64,000 nucleotides of DNA from Ignavibacteriales bacterium (GTDB lineage: Bacteria; Bacteroidota; Ignavibacteria; UBA10030). Position numbers and translations under genes: made by a program. The stretch lies in NCBI GenBank assembly GCA_026390575.1, contig JAPLFR010000016.1:534737-598736 (forward strand), written 5' to 3'. Positions 1 through 10,063 of this stretch are shown here, piece after piece. Each line of letters begins with the position of its first letter. Position 1 is the stretch's first letter. The notes under the pieces were generated by a model. It did not search any database. It was given only the letters and a program-made list of their open reading frames with translations, and was not told the origin of the DNA.

Positions 1-481
1 CTACTTCATCCGCCCACAGAAGCGCGTCTTTACCCGTTGATTCCGTGCCGGCCTTTGTCCATACTGTCCAGCTTCCATTGTTTTTTTTAACATCAAGAGC
101 AACGACAACCGATTGCGAGCCAACTCGCTTGCTTGCCTCATCAATAAACGATGGGCACGCAAGCGCTGCAGAATTGAGCGAAACTTTATCTGCGCCTGCA
201 TCTAAAGCACGTCCGGCATCGTCCACAGTACTAATGCCGCCGCCCACGGTAAATGGAATTTGAATAGCTTCCGCTACACGTTCGACCATTTGTAAAAAAG
301 TTTTTCGCCCTTCGAGCGTTGCACTAATGTCAAGAAAAACCAATTCATCAGCGCCTTCTTCGGAATATCGTGCAGCTAACTCCACTGGATCGCCAGCATC
401 ACGAAGCTGCAAAAAATTTGTGCCCTTCACGGTTCTACCGTCTTTCACATCGAGACAAGGGATGATACGTTTCGTCAACAT
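1..481 (-). CDS. hisF: imidazole glycerol phosphate synthase cyclase subunit (N-terminal part; runs off window edge)
   Basis: Minus strand from ATG at 481 reads [20 protein letters not shown]..., the HisF N-terminus; overlaps hisA stop; absent from ORF track. Confidence 0.95.
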   Translation of the reverse strand, partial: MLTKRIIPCLDVKDGRTVKGTNFLQLRDAGDPVELAARYSEEGADELVFLDISATLEGRKTFLQMVERVAEAIQIPFTVGGGISTVDDAGRALDAGADKVSLNSAALACPSFIDEASKRVGSQSVVVALDVKKNNGSWTVWTKAGTESTGKDALLWADEV

Positions 482-1203
482 ACGGCACCGTTCATCTTTG
501 CAAGTTCATCGATTGGCAGCTTATTCTCATAGATGGCTTTGCCGATAATCACTCCGGCAAGCTCTGCTTTTTTCAATACTTGTACATCTTCCAGTGTCGA
601 GATGCCTCCGGAAGCGATAATGGATAGTTTTGGGAAAGCAGATTTTAGATTTTGATAAAAATCAATATTCACTCCGCCCAGCATTCCATCGCGTGAAATA
701 TCGGTGCAAATGAATATTTTTGCACCACGCCTTATCATGTCCAGCACAAATCCCATTGGCGCACGATGACTGTCTTCTAACCATCCACTGATGGCAACCG
801 TATCGTCTTTCACATCCATGCCGACAACAATCCTATCGGCGCCAAATTGTTTAATCCAATACTCTACTAACTCTGGTGACTTTGCCGCCGCACTGCCGAT
901 CACAACGCGCGACACTCCGATTTCAATCAGTTTCTTTATATCGTCCGTTGTGCGAATTCCGCCTCCGACTTCCACTTGTAATCCCGGCACTGCGATGATA
1001 GATGCGATGGAATCCCAATTGACAATCTTCTTTTCCTTTGCTCCCTGTAAATCCACAATGTGTAAAAACGTGAATCCGGCTTCCGCAAATTGCTTTGCAA
1101 TCTCTGCAGGCGATGCCCCGTAAACAGTTTTCTGATCGTAATTGCCTTGACGCAGGCGGACGCATTTACCGTCAATAATATCGATTGCTGGAATTATGAG
1201 CAT
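475..1203 (-). CDS. hisA: ProFAR isomerase
   Basis: [33 protein letters not shown] motifs; operon position. Confidence 0.97.
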   Translation of the reverse strand: MLIIPAIDIIDGKCVRLRQGNYDQKTVYGASPAEIAKQFAEAGFTFLHIVDLQGAKEKKIVNWDSIASIIAVPGLQVEVGGGIRTTDDIKKLIEIGVSRVVIGSAAAKSPELVEYWIKQFGADRIVVGMDVKDDTVAISGWLEDSHRAPMGFVLDMIRRGAKIFICTDISRDGMLGGVNIDFYQNLKSAFPKLSIIASGGISTLEDVQVLKKAELAGVIIGKAIYENKLPIDELAKMNGAVC

Positions 1204-1790
1204 AATTCAATAAAATTTTTCAGAAGCTGCAACCCGACTTTGCTGGATTTTTCAGGATGGAATTGAACCCCGTAATAATTCTTTTGTTGCATTGCTGATG
1301 TGAATTGTACATCATAGTCCGTCATACCGATGGTTGCCGGAACAATCGGTGCGTAATAGGAATGGACAAAATAGAAATATTCGCCAAATTTAATTCCGGA
1401 GAATAACGGATTTTTACCATCCTGCTGAACCTGGTTCCATCCCATGTGTGGTACTTTGAGTTTGGACTTTTCGCTCTTGAACCGCTCGTTTGTTCCGGAA
1501 ATCATACCGAGGCAATCGGTGGCTCGTTCTGTCGTATGTTCAAATAACAATTGCATTCCCAGACAGATTCCAAGAAATGGAACGGTCACTTCTTTCAGCC
1601 AATCAGTGAGCCCAGCGCGTATAAGTGCATCCATCGCACTTCGTGCTTCGCCGACTCCAGGAAAAATAAGTTTATCGGCTTTATTAAGTTCACCGCAATC
1701 ATGAGAGATAAAATGCGGTACACTGAGCCGATTGAGCGCATTGCTTACCGATCGAATATTGCCAGCACCGTAATTAATAATCCCAATCAC
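1194..1790 (-). CDS. hisH: IGP synthase glutamine amidotransferase subunit
   Basis: GICLGMQ, PHMGWN, YFVHSY, QFHPEKS motifs. Confidence 0.97.
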   Translation of the reverse strand: MIGIINYGAGNIRSVSNALNRLSVPHFISHDCGELNKADKLIFPGVGEARSAMDALIRAGLTDWLKEVTVPFLGICLGMQLLFEHTTERATDCLGMISGTNERFKSEKSKLKVPHMGWNQVQQDGKNPLFSGIKFGEYFYFVHSYYAPIVPATIGMTDYDVQFTSAMQQKNYYGVQFHPEKSSKVGLQLLKNFIELCS

Positions 1791-2878
1791 AGCATACCTT
1801 TCGTTGAAGGAAGCACATCGGCATTTTGTTCGTTCTGTGTTACCGCCTGCCGCAACGCACGCGCTACCGCTTTGAAGATTGCTTCAATCTTATGATGGTC
1901 GTTTCTGCCGGCAACAGTAATATGGAGATTTGCCCGCAAGCCGTCGGCAAATGCACGGAAGAAATCTTCCACTAATTCTGTTGGAAATTCGCCGACCTTT
2001 TCGCGCTCGAATGGCGCATTAAACGAACAGAATGGCCGCCCGCCCAAATCCAGCGCAACTTGCGCCATCGATTCGTCCATCGGCAGAAGAAATCCGTACC
2101 GCTCGATACCGCGCTTATCGCCAAGCGCTTGCCGGATCGCTTCGCCAAGCGTTAACCCTGTATCTTCGACGCTGTGATGTTCGTCCACTTGAAGATCGCC
2201 TTGTACTTCGATTTTCATATCGATGCCGGAATGTTTCGCTAGTAAAGCAAGCATGTGATCGAAGAAACCGATACCTGAATGTATTTCATAACTGCCTGTA
2301 CCATCCAAACATACTTCCACAGAAATTTTTGTCTCCGCTGTATTTCGCTTGAGGGCTGCCGAGCGATCCGATCGAACGATATAACGGCATGCTTCAATAA
2401 AGCTTCCAGTTTTAAAATCAGCGCTCGTTGATTCATTGGATGTCAAGCGAATAGCTTTGCAGCCGATATTGCGTGCAAGATGGACATCCGTCTCACGATC
2501 TCCAAATACAAATGACCGAAAAAGATCGACTTCATGAGAACGAATAAACTTGTCTACTAAACCTGTTTTGGGTTTCCGACACGCACAATTTTCATTTGCA
2601 CCATGTGGGCAAATGAATACAGCATTGATTTGAATTCCTTCACCATTCAGCAACCGCATTAATTTGTTCTGAACGATTTCGTACTTTTCATTCGGATATG
2701 CTGATGATCCAAGATTGTCTTGATTCGACACAAGCACAAAAATATATCCACGATTCTGCAAAAGTCGCAGCCCTTGAATGACGCCTGGAATTAATTCAAG
2801 CTTCTCCAAGGAATCCACTTGTTCATCTGGCGGTTCCACAATAATAGTGCCGTCACGATCAAGAAAAATAACTTTCAT
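1787..2878 (-). CDS. hisB: bifunctional histidinol-phosphatase / imidazoleglycerol-phosphate dehydratase
   Basis: N-terminal HAD DRDGT plus CACRKP; C-terminal IGPD FFDHML, DEHHSVED, NDHHKIEA; ATG at 2878 overlaps hisC TGA (ATGA). Confidence 0.96.
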   Translation of the reverse strand: MKVIFLDRDGTIIVEPPDEQVDSLEKLELIPGVIQGLRLLQNRGYIFVLVSNQDNLGSSAYPNEKYEIVQNKLMRLLNGEGIQINAVFICPHGANENCACRKPKTGLVDKFIRSHEVDLFRSFVFGDRETDVHLARNIGCKAIRLTSNESTSADFKTGSFIEACRYIVRSDRSAALKRNTAETKISVEVCLDGTGSYEIHSGIGFFDHMLALLAKHSGIDMKIEVQGDLQVDEHHSVEDTGLTLGEAIRQALGDKRGIERYGFLLPMDESMAQVALDLGGRPFCSFNAPFEREKVGEFPTELVEDFFRAFADGLRANLHITVAGRNDHHKIEAIFKAVARALRQAVTQNEQNADVLPSTKGML

Positions 2879-3921
2879 GCACAATATTCCTTTATGGCAC
2901 GAATCAATTGTTCGTTCTCATGCCGAGTACCGACGGTAATACGCAAACAATTTTCCAGGAGCGGTTCTGTCGTGCGATTACGAATAATAATTTCTTTTGA
3001 TGCCAAATATTTATAAAGAGCCGTTGCATTTTTGCATCGAACAAGAATGAAGTTTGCGTCAGATGGAAAAACATGTTCTATGCACGGTAGAGCTGTCAGT
3101 TGAGCGGAAAGCCATTCGCGTTCTTCCACAATTAAATCAATCGTTCGGCGCACTTCTTCTCCTTTGCGAAGCGCTTGCAGCGCTGCCCGGCTTGTCAGCG
3201 CGTTTATATTGTAGGGCGCTTTAACCTTCATCATAAAAGATATAACAATCGGATCGGCTATGCAGTACCCGAGACGAATTCCAGCCAATCCCCACGCTTT
3301 TGAAAGTGTGCGCATCACAACTAAATTAGGATGCTTGGACGATTGTTTTCCCATCGATGTTGATCGTGCAAAATCTATATACGCTTCGTCAACAATGACC
3401 ATAGCTCCAAGTTCACACAATGCAAGAATATCTTTTGAATATAATAAATTTGCTGTTGGATTGTTTGGTGAACAACAGAAGATCAGCTTCGTCGTTTCAT
3501 CGATTGTCTTTTTCACTGCATCAAGATCAATTTGGAATTTGTCGGTCAGCAGGCATGGATGAATTTGAACATTTTGAATTGACGAAGCGACACGATACAT
3601 ACCATACGTCGGTTCCAAGAGAAGGACAGAATCACGCTTCGGTTCACAAAACACGCGCACGAGCAGATCAATAACTTCATCCGATCCCACACCAACAAAT
3701 ACATTCTCTACTCCAACGCCATTCATGTCGGCAAGGACAGTTCGCAATTCACACTGATATGGATCAGGATAACGGTTAAGAGATACGTCATCAACTATCA
3801 GTGAGCTTCCAAAAGAATTCTCATTGGCATCAAGAAGAATACCGGAGAGGAAATCCTGACGCGCGCTGTGATACGGTTTCAATGCGCGAATGTTTGCTCG
3901 AATAAGTGATTCTATATTCAT
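2875..3921 (-). CDS. hisC: histidinol-phosphate aminotransferase
   Basis: LDANEN, NRYPDP, CSPNNPT, DEAY, RTLSKAWGLAGIRLGY. Confidence 0.97.
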   Translation of the reverse strand: MNIESLIRANIRALKPYHSARQDFLSGILLDANENSFGSSLIVDDVSLNRYPDPYQCELRTVLADMNGVGVENVFVGVGSDEVIDLLVRVFCEPKRDSVLLLEPTYGMYRVASSIQNVQIHPCLLTDKFQIDLDAVKKTIDETTKLIFCCSPNNPTANLLYSKDILALCELGAMVIVDEAYIDFARSTSMGKQSSKHPNLVVMRTLSKAWGLAGIRLGYCIADPIVISFMMKVKAPYNINALTSRAALQALRKGEEVRRTIDLIVEEREWLSAQLTALPCIEHVFPSDANFILVRCKNATALYKYLASKEIIIRNRTTEPLLENCLRITVGTRHENEQLIRAIKEYCA

Positions 3922-3933
3922 ATGATTGAGCTA

Positions 3934-5223
3934 TTACTTTAAAAGTCGGGATGTGACAGCGCGGGCATGTGCCTGTAAACCCTCGACAGACGCAAACGCG
4001 GTTAATGTCGGTGCCAAGCTTTCAAGGCCAGATTTCGTAATAGATTGAAACGTAACATTTTTCAGAAAACTATCAAGTGAGACTCCACTTGCCCAGCGGG
4101 CAGTACCGCTGGTCGGCAACGTATGGTTTGTGCCCGACGCATAATCTCCCGCCGTTACTGGAGCAAATTGTCCCACAAACACAGATCCGGCATTCATAAT
4201 CGATGGAACAATTGCTTCAGCATTTTGCATATTGATGATGAGATGCTCCGGCGCATAATCGTTAGAAAATCTCACAGCCGACTCAAATGAATTCGCAATA
4301 ACAATGTAGCCGTGTTCCAATGATGACTCGACAATTTTATTCCGTGGAAATTCTGATGCATTCTGCGGTAAAATTCGCAGTACTTCCTTCGCTAATAATT
4401 CACTTGTTGTTACCAGCACAACCTGAGCATCAGCATCGTGTTCTGCCTGGGAGAGCAAATCATACGCTACAACTTCCGGATTCGCTGTTTCATCAGCAAG
4501 AATAAGAACTTCAGATGGTCCAGCAAGTAAATCAATTGCTGCACCCTCAGGATCGGTCGAAACGAATTGTTTCGCAGCGGTCACGTAGCGATTGCCCGGA
4601 CCGAATATTTTATGAACCTTCGGAATGGTTTCTGTTCCGTATGCCATCGCTGCAATTGCCTGTGCACCGCCAACTTTGTACACTTCAGTAATTCCAATCA
4701 TTGCTGCGGCTGCAAGCACGAGCGGATCGACAGTGCCATTCGTCTTCGGCGGTGAACATAACACGATGCGCGAACATCCAGCAAGCACTGCCGGTATTCC
4801 AAGCATCAATACTGTTGACGGCAACGGTGCCGAACCAGCAGGCACGTATAAACCAACCCGTTCAAGAGGGCGAGCTTCACGCCAGCATACAACACCTTCC
4901 ATTGTTGTGATACGCTGTGTTTTATTCAACTGAGATTCATGGAACGTACAGATATTTTTTGATGCAACATGTAATGCGTCTCTAAATTCAGGTGAGAGCT
5001 GTTTTTTTGCCGCTTCAAATTCTTCTGACGATACACGAATTGTTTGCACTTCCGCTTTATCAAACTTTCTGCTATACTCATGCACCGCGTCGTCGCCACG
5101 CCGTTTGATCGTGAGGCACACTTCCTGAATGATATTCCCAGAATCGCTTTGTAGAGTGCTCGGACGCTGAAGAAGAGAAATGCGTTCTTCTCTCGTCAAT
5201 GTATTTTCAGAATAAATCTTCAT
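3934..5223 (-). CDS. hisD: histidinol dehydrogenase
   Basis: GLYVPAG, GGAQAIAAMAYGT, GPGN, AGPSE, SQAEHD, APEHL, GDYASGTNHTLPT. Confidence 0.98.
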   Translation of the reverse strand: MKIYSENTLTREERISLLQRPSTLQSDSGNIIQEVCLTIKRRGDDAVHEYSRKFDKAEVQTIRVSSEEFEAAKKQLSPEFRDALHVASKNICTFHESQLNKTQRITTMEGVVCWREARPLERVGLYVPAGSAPLPSTVLMLGIPAVLAGCSRIVLCSPPKTNGTVDPLVLAAAAMIGITEVYKVGGAQAIAAMAYGTETIPKVHKIFGPGNRYVTAAKQFVSTDPEGAAIDLLAGPSEVLILADETANPEVVAYDLLSQAEHDADAQVVLVTTSELLAKEVLRILPQNASEFPRNKIVESSLEHGYIVIANSFESAVRFSNDYAPEHLIINMQNAEAIVPSIMNAGSVFVGQFAPVTAGDYASGTNHTLPTSGTARWASGVSLDSFLKNVTFQSITKSGLESLAPTLTAFASVEGLQAHARAVTSRLLK

Positions 5224-6095
5224 CGGATAATCGTTTCAATAGGCACCACAATAATATCACTGGCGCCTGCCTTTTTAAGTTTTTCCATCACATCCCAAAA
5301 TACATCTTCTGCCACGACAGAGTGAATTGCTACCATGCCCGTTTCTGCAAGCGGCACCACCGTCGGACTTTTCAAACTCGGAATAACACGCTTCAACCTC
5401 GCGACAGAATCAGCCGGTGCATTCATCATAAGATAACGCTTGCCGCCAGCTTCCTGCGAACCATGAACACGAATCATGAGTCGATCGATAACTGCGCGTT
5501 TTTTCTTATCGCGCATCGATGCCGGATTTGCTACCAGCACTGCCTGTGATTCTAATACGGTGCAGAATGTGCGCAAACCGTACATCTTTGCAGTGGTGCC
5601 GGTTGAGACTATATCACAAATGACATCGGCAACATTAAGGCTCGGAGCCAATTCCACCGAACCGCTCAATTCGACAATTTCCGCACGTACCTTATTGTCT
5701 TTTAAAAATGATTTGAGAATTGTAGGATACGTTGTGCCGATACGCTGACCATTCAAGTCCGAGATTTTACGAACAGCAGATCTCTGCGGCACACTGATCA
5801 TGAGTTTACATCCGCCGAATCCCAGCGGTGCAAGGAGATGGACATGGGCGTTTCGCTCCTGCAGTACATTTTCTCCGATGATTCCAAGATCCGCAACACC
5901 ATCCTGCACATATTCAGGAATATCATCATCCCGAATCGCCAGCACATCCAGGTCAAAGTTGTTGCAGGGTGAGTAGAGACTTTGTTTTTGAAATTCAAAA
6001 CTTAATCCGCATGCACGGAGCAACGAAACCGAATCTTCGGTAAGACGTCCGTTCCGCTGGATTGCTATTTTCATTCTTCCATTTGTCGCAAGCAT
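5220..6095 (-). CDS. hisG: ATP phosphoribosyltransferase (long form)
   Basis: IAIQRNGRL, RDDDIP, GSVELAP, DIVSTGTT, C-terminal regulatory domain with SPTV. Confidence 0.97.
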   Translation of the reverse strand: MLATNGRMKIAIQRNGRLTEDSVSLLRACGLSFEFQKQSLYSPCNNFDLDVLAIRDDDIPEYVQDGVADLGIIGENVLQERNAHVHLLAPLGFGGCKLMISVPQRSAVRKISDLNGQRIGTTYPTILKSFLKDNKVRAEIVELSGSVELAPSLNVADVICDIVSTGTTAKMYGLRTFCTVLESQAVLVANPASMRDKKKRAVIDRLMIRVHGSQEAGGKRYLMMNAPADSVARLKRVIPSLKSPTVVPLAETGMVAIHSVVAEDVFWDVMEKLKKAGASDIIVVPIETIIR

Positions 6096-6114
6096 ACTTT
6101 ATCCTGATAAAGTG
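6095..6114. promoter_or_regulatory. HisR-type palindromic operator TACTTTA-TCCTGA-TAAAGTG at hisG start
   Basis: Near-perfect 20-bp inverted repeat matching the YACTTTA-N6-TAAAGTR motif associated with YerC/HisR regulators; overlaps hisG start codon. Confidence 0.7.
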
Positions 6115-6137
6115 TTTAGTCCAAAAAAAATGTATTG

Positions 6138-6422
6138 TTATTTTGTCGTTCGTTTTAACATCATCGAATATCCGCCCTTACCCTTTTTCAGCCATCTGCC
6201 TACGCGGGCGATTGTGCGTGTGCTCAACCCGGTTTCAGCTTCGATTTGCGTGTACGGGATGCCGTCTGCCAGCATCTGCGCTGCTTTCCAGCGTTCTACG
6301 AATTCTTTAATTTCGTATTCTGTGAGCAGATCGCGAAAGAACCGCCGGCATTCATCCACTGAATTGAGCTGGAGAATAGCGTTATACAGATCGTCAACTT
6401 CTTTTATACTTGGTTTTTTCAT
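6138..6422 (-). CDS. TrpR-like YerC/YecD family repressor (probable HisR)
   Basis: FFRDLLTEYE...ERW...GIPYTQIEAETGLSTRTIARV..WL..GKGGY TrpR/YerC HTH pattern; first gene of his operon. Confidence 0.9.
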   Translation of the reverse strand: MKKPSIKEVDDLYNAILQLNSVDECRRFFRDLLTEYEIKEFVERWKAAQMLADGIPYTQIEAETGLSTRTIARVGRWLKKGKGGYSMMLKRTTK

Positions 6423-6459
6423 ACTTTACTCTGATATTTTTTCATACTTTACTCTGATA
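6414..6459. repeat. perfect 23-bp tandem duplication (TTTTTTCATACTTTACTCTGATA x2) containing operator half-sites
   Basis: 6414-6436 identical to 6437-6459. Confidence 0.9.
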
Positions 6460-6461
6460 AA

Positions 6462-6490
6462 AGATTAGAGAATTTTTTCCAGAGTGTCAA
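6462..6490 (-). promoter_or_regulatory. sigma70-type promoter of his operon (TTGACA-N17-TAATCT)
   Basis: Minus strand TTGACA at 6490-6485 and TAATCT at 6467-6462, 17-bp spacer, abutting operator-like site 6445-6464. Confidence 0.6.
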
Positions 6491-6560
6491 GTATTTTTTT
6501 TCTCTTGTCAAAGAAAATCATTTTCTCTACTTTGCAACTGCATAAAATAGCGAAATTTAT

Positions 6561-7508
6561 ATGATTTCAGTTACTGATATTGAACTTGCGTATACCATCG
6601 TCAAACCGGTGGTTCATAAAACTCCGCTCCTTACCTCTCGCAGGATGAACGAGATATGCGGCAACGAAATCTTTTTGAAAGCAGAGAATCTTCAACGGGT
6701 TGGTGCATTTAAAATTCGCGGCGCATACAATAAAATTGCTTCGCTTACGCAGGACGAGAAACACAGGGGTATTGTAGCACATTCCTCCGGTAATCATGCA
6801 CAGGGGGTAGCACTTGCCGCCAAGCTGTTACATGTAAAAGCTGTTGTTGTTATGCCGAAGAATTCTCCTCGCATTAAAGTCGATGCGACTCAATCATACG
6901 GTGCCGAGGTTGTTTTTTGCGAAGATTCTTCTGATGACAGGGAACGAGTTGCAAAAAAATTGCAGACGCAATTTGGCTATGCAATGGTACCTCCATTCGA
7001 TGATGATAAAATTATCGCTGGACAAGGAACGTTGATGCTGGAAGTTGCACAGGAACGTACTTCGATCGACTATCTTTTTGTTCCTGTTGGCGGCGGCGGT
7101 CTTATCAGTGGATGTGCCGTTGCCGCAAAGCATTTTTTTCCACATATCAAGGTCATCGGCGTGGAGACTGAACCGGCGAACGACTGCCAGCAGTCATTTC
7201 GAAAAAAAGAAATCGTACGCATTGCTCCGCCAGATACCATTGCCGACGGTATGCGAACGCAGTCTGTTGGCAAACGCAACTTTGAAATTATTATGAAGTA
7301 TGTCGATGACGTTATCACTGTGACCGATACACAGGTGATCGAGATGATGCGCTACTGCATGCAGCGTATGAAAATTATTGTCGAACCGACCGGCGCAGTT
7401 GCTCCGGCGGCTGTCTTCCATAATGTTCTCAAGTTATCCGGTAAGAAAATCTGTGCCATCATCAGCGGCGGGAATGTGGAACCATCTCTCCTCAAACAAT
7501 GGTTATAG
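6561..7508 (+). CDS. PLP-dependent serine/threonine dehydratase family (serine racemase / hydroxyaspartate ammonia-lyase-like, no ACT domain)
   Basis: KAENLQRVGAFKIRGA, SSGNHAQG, PVGGGGL, TIADG, EPTGA, SGGN. Confidence 0.9.
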   Translation: MISVTDIELAYTIVKPVVHKTPLLTSRRMNEICGNEIFLKAENLQRVGAFKIRGAYNKIASLTQDEKHRGIVAHSSGNHAQGVALAAKLLHVKAVVVMPKNSPRIKVDATQSYGAEVVFCEDSSDDRERVAKKLQTQFGYAMVPPFDDDKIIAGQGTLMLEVAQERTSIDYLFVPVGGGGLISGCAVAAKHFFPHIKVIGVETEPANDCQQSFRKKEIVRIAPPDTIADGMRTQSVGKRNFEIIMKYVDDVITVTDTQVIEMMRYCMQRMKIIVEPTGAVAPAAVFHNVLKLSGKKICAIISGGNVEPSLLKQWL

Positions 7509-7605
7509 ATAACAACGAGTCTACTCTTGATGAGACTTGTTCGTTTATGAAAACTTTCCTATTTTATAAATAGGCAATCATCCATTACTAATAACGAAAC
7601 ACACT

Positions 7606-8352
7606 ATGAAACTTGCAGTTTGTATTAACCATGTACCTGATACGGCGGCAAAAATCAATATTGCGTCAGATGGGAAGAATATTGATAAAACCGGTATGAC
7701 GTTCGTTCTCAATCCTTACGATGAATACGCTATTGAAGAATGCCTTCGGTTAAAAGAAAAGAACACCGGCGAAGTAATCGCCATATCGCTTGGCGGCGAC
7801 TCGCACAAAGAAACATTGCGCAAAGCACTGGCGATGGGCGTTGATAGAGCAGTTCTATTGAAAGATGATTCACTGCGCGATTCTTTTGCTGTTGCCCGCG
7901 CACTTGCCGATGAGCTTAAAGAAATTTCTGCCGATGTTGTTTTCTTCGGTAAACAATCTGTCGATTCAGATGATGCGGCGGTTGGAACTATGGTTGCAGA
8001 AATGCTGGGATTGCCTTCCATTTCTGTCGCGGTAAAATTGGATATTGCGAACGGTAGTGCAATTGCAGAACGCGAAATCGAAGGCGGCAAAGAGAAAGTT
8101 CAAACAACACTTCCCGCAGTGTTCACGGCACAAAAGGGATTGAACGAACCGCGGTATCCATCGCTCAAAGGAATTATGTCGGCCAAGAGCAAGCCCATCG
8201 AAGAGAAAGTGCCAACACCATCGCAAGTGAAAGCAGAAGTGCTGGCAATGCGTAAACCTCCTTCCAAGAACGCCGGAAAAATTATCGGAACCGATGTGAG
8301 CGCAGTACCGGAGTTGATCCGCTTGCTCCACGAAGAAGCCAAGGTTATTTGA
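7606..8352 (+). CDS. etfB: electron transfer flavoprotein beta subunit
   Basis: VPDT, NPYDEYAIEE, ALAMGVD, GKQSVD, NEPRYPSL. Confidence 0.96.
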   Translation: MKLAVCINHVPDTAAKINIASDGKNIDKTGMTFVLNPYDEYAIEECLRLKEKNTGEVIAISLGGDSHKETLRKALAMGVDRAVLLKDDSLRDSFAVARALADELKEISADVVFFGKQSVDSDDAAVGTMVAEMLGLPSISVAVKLDIANGSAIAEREIEGGKEKVQTTLPAVFTAQKGLNEPRYPSLKGIMSAKSKPIEEKVPTPSQVKAEVLAMRKPPSKNAGKIIGTDVSAVPELIRLLHEEAKVI

Positions 8353-8424
8353 TTCTTTTCGATATATAATTTTAGATGAGCAGTAAACTGTTTTTTATTT
8401 AATAATTTTTCTTTTTGAATTGAT

Positions 8425-9399
8425 ATGAAAATACTTGCATTCGCAGAACAAAGAGACAATAAATTTAAAAAGTCGGCATTTGAAGTTATTCGCACAGCTC
8501 GAACAATCGCAGATCAAACAGGCGGAGACGTCATTGCTTTGGTTATCGGCGATCAAGTGCAAGCCATTGCCGGCGAGCTTGGCGGATACGGCGTATCGAA
8601 GGTTCTTATCGTCGAACAATCGAAACTTGGAAAATATTCTTCCACCGCATACGCCAAAATCATTGCGGAGGCGGCAAAAAAAGAACAGGCAGATATCATT
8701 TTTCTTTCTGCAACAGCAATGGGCAAGGATGCAGCGGCGCGTATTGCCGTGAAACTTGATGCCGGCCTTGCTTCAGATTGCACAGCTTTAAAAGTTGATG
8801 GCGGCAATATTATCGCAACACGTCCCGTGTATGCGGGCAAAGCGCTGACCGAAATAAAAATCAATTCGGCTGTTAAGGTTTTTACGCTTCGTCCTAATGT
8901 CTTTCCCGCCGGAGCAAGCACCGGTGCCGCGGCAACTGTTGAGGTCATGGATATTCCTCTTGCCGAATCAGATTTCGCATCGCTTGTCATTGAAACGATG
9001 CAAGCATCCGGCAAAATAGATGTTGCAGAAGCGGATATTATCGTTACCGGCGGACGCGGAATGAAGGGTCCGGAGAATTTTAAAATGATTGAAGACCTCG
9101 CTCATGTTCTTGGTGGAGCTGTCGGAGCTTCGCGCGCCGTTGTTGATGCCGGCTGGCGTCCGCACAATGAGCAAGTTGGACAAACCGGAAAGACTGTTTC
9201 ACCATCACTCTACATTGCTGTGGCAGTCTCGGGAGCTATTCAACATCTTGCCGGTATGTCATCCTCAAAGTATATCGTTGCCGTCAACAAAGACAAAGAC
9301 GCACCTATTTTTCAGATTGCTGATTATGGTATCGTGGCCGATGCATTTGTAATCGTTCCTGCAATCATGCTCGAAGCGAAAAAGCTTCTCGGGAAATAA
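8425..9399 (+). CDS. etfA: electron transfer flavoprotein alpha subunit
   Basis: GGRG, GASRAVVDAGW, QVGQTGK, SGAIQHLAGM, NKDKDAPIF. Confidence 0.97.
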   Translation: MKILAFAEQRDNKFKKSAFEVIRTARTIADQTGGDVIALVIGDQVQAIAGELGGYGVSKVLIVEQSKLGKYSSTAYAKIIAEAAKKEQADIIFLSATAMGKDAAARIAVKLDAGLASDCTALKVDGGNIIATRPVYAGKALTEIKINSAVKVFTLRPNVFPAGASTGAAATVEVMDIPLAESDFASLVIETMQASGKIDVAEADIIVTGGRGMKGPENFKMIEDLAHVLGGAVGASRAVVDAGWRPHNEQVGQTGKTVSPSLYIAVAVSGAIQHLAGMSSSKYIVAVNKDKDAPIFQIADYGIVADAFVIVPAIMLEAKKLLGK

Positions 9400-9400
9400 T

Positions 9401-9991
9401 ATGTCCACAGAGGACAAAGTTCAAGTCGATATTCTAGGATTGTCCAGCAGTCAAGCCAGCGGCGGTGCATACGCGCTGATTTTAAAAGAGACCAACGGGG
9501 CACGCCGGCTGCCTATTATCATCGGTGCGTTCGAAGCACAATCCATTGCATTAGAAATGGAAGGCATCAAACCTCCGCGTCCGCTGACGCACGATCTCAT
9601 AAAGAATCTTATCGATCTGCTTGGCGGCGAGCTCATAGATGTCCTGATTAGCGAATTACGCGATGGCACCTTCTACGCCCGCATCAATCTTGACACACAA
9701 GAAATAGACTCGCGCCCGAGCGATGCGATTGCGATCGCTGTACGGTACGGTGCACCAATTTATGTTGCCGAAAAAGTAATGGCAGAAGCGTCGTTTGTGT
9801 CTGAAGGCGGAGAAGAAGAAAAAGCAATTCCACCCAATGCGAAACCTGAACAGGAAGAACCACCTAATCCCCAGCTTTCTCAGCTCGAACAATTGACAAA
9901 ACGTCTTGAGGACGCCATCGCCAAAGAAGATTATGAAAAAGCGGCGCAACTGCGCGATGAGCTTAAAAAGCTTCAAGGGCGAAATTCATAA
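9401..9991 (+). CDS. bifunctional nuclease (DUF151) domain protein with C-terminal UVR motif
   Basis: LPIIIGAFEAQSIA, RPLTHDL, DSRPSDAIAIA; C-terminal EDYEKAAQLRDE. Confidence 0.92.
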   Translation: MSTEDKVQVDILGLSSSQASGGAYALILKETNGARRLPIIIGAFEAQSIALEMEGIKPPRPLTHDLIKNLIDLLGGELIDVLISELRDGTFYARINLDTQEIDSRPSDAIAIAVRYGAPIYVAEKVMAEASFVSEGGEEEKAIPPNAKPEQEEPPNPQLSQLEQLTKRLEDAIAKEDYEKAAQLRDELKKLQGRNS

Positions 9992-10063
9992 CATAATTCT
10001 TTGGTATCATACAACAATTCATTTGGCATTTTTCTTCACTTACATATCAAGGAGGATCATACC

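Noticed and set aside
6419..6445. uORF as a his attenuator leader peptide
   Set aside because: No His codons and no terminator/antiterminator hairpins.
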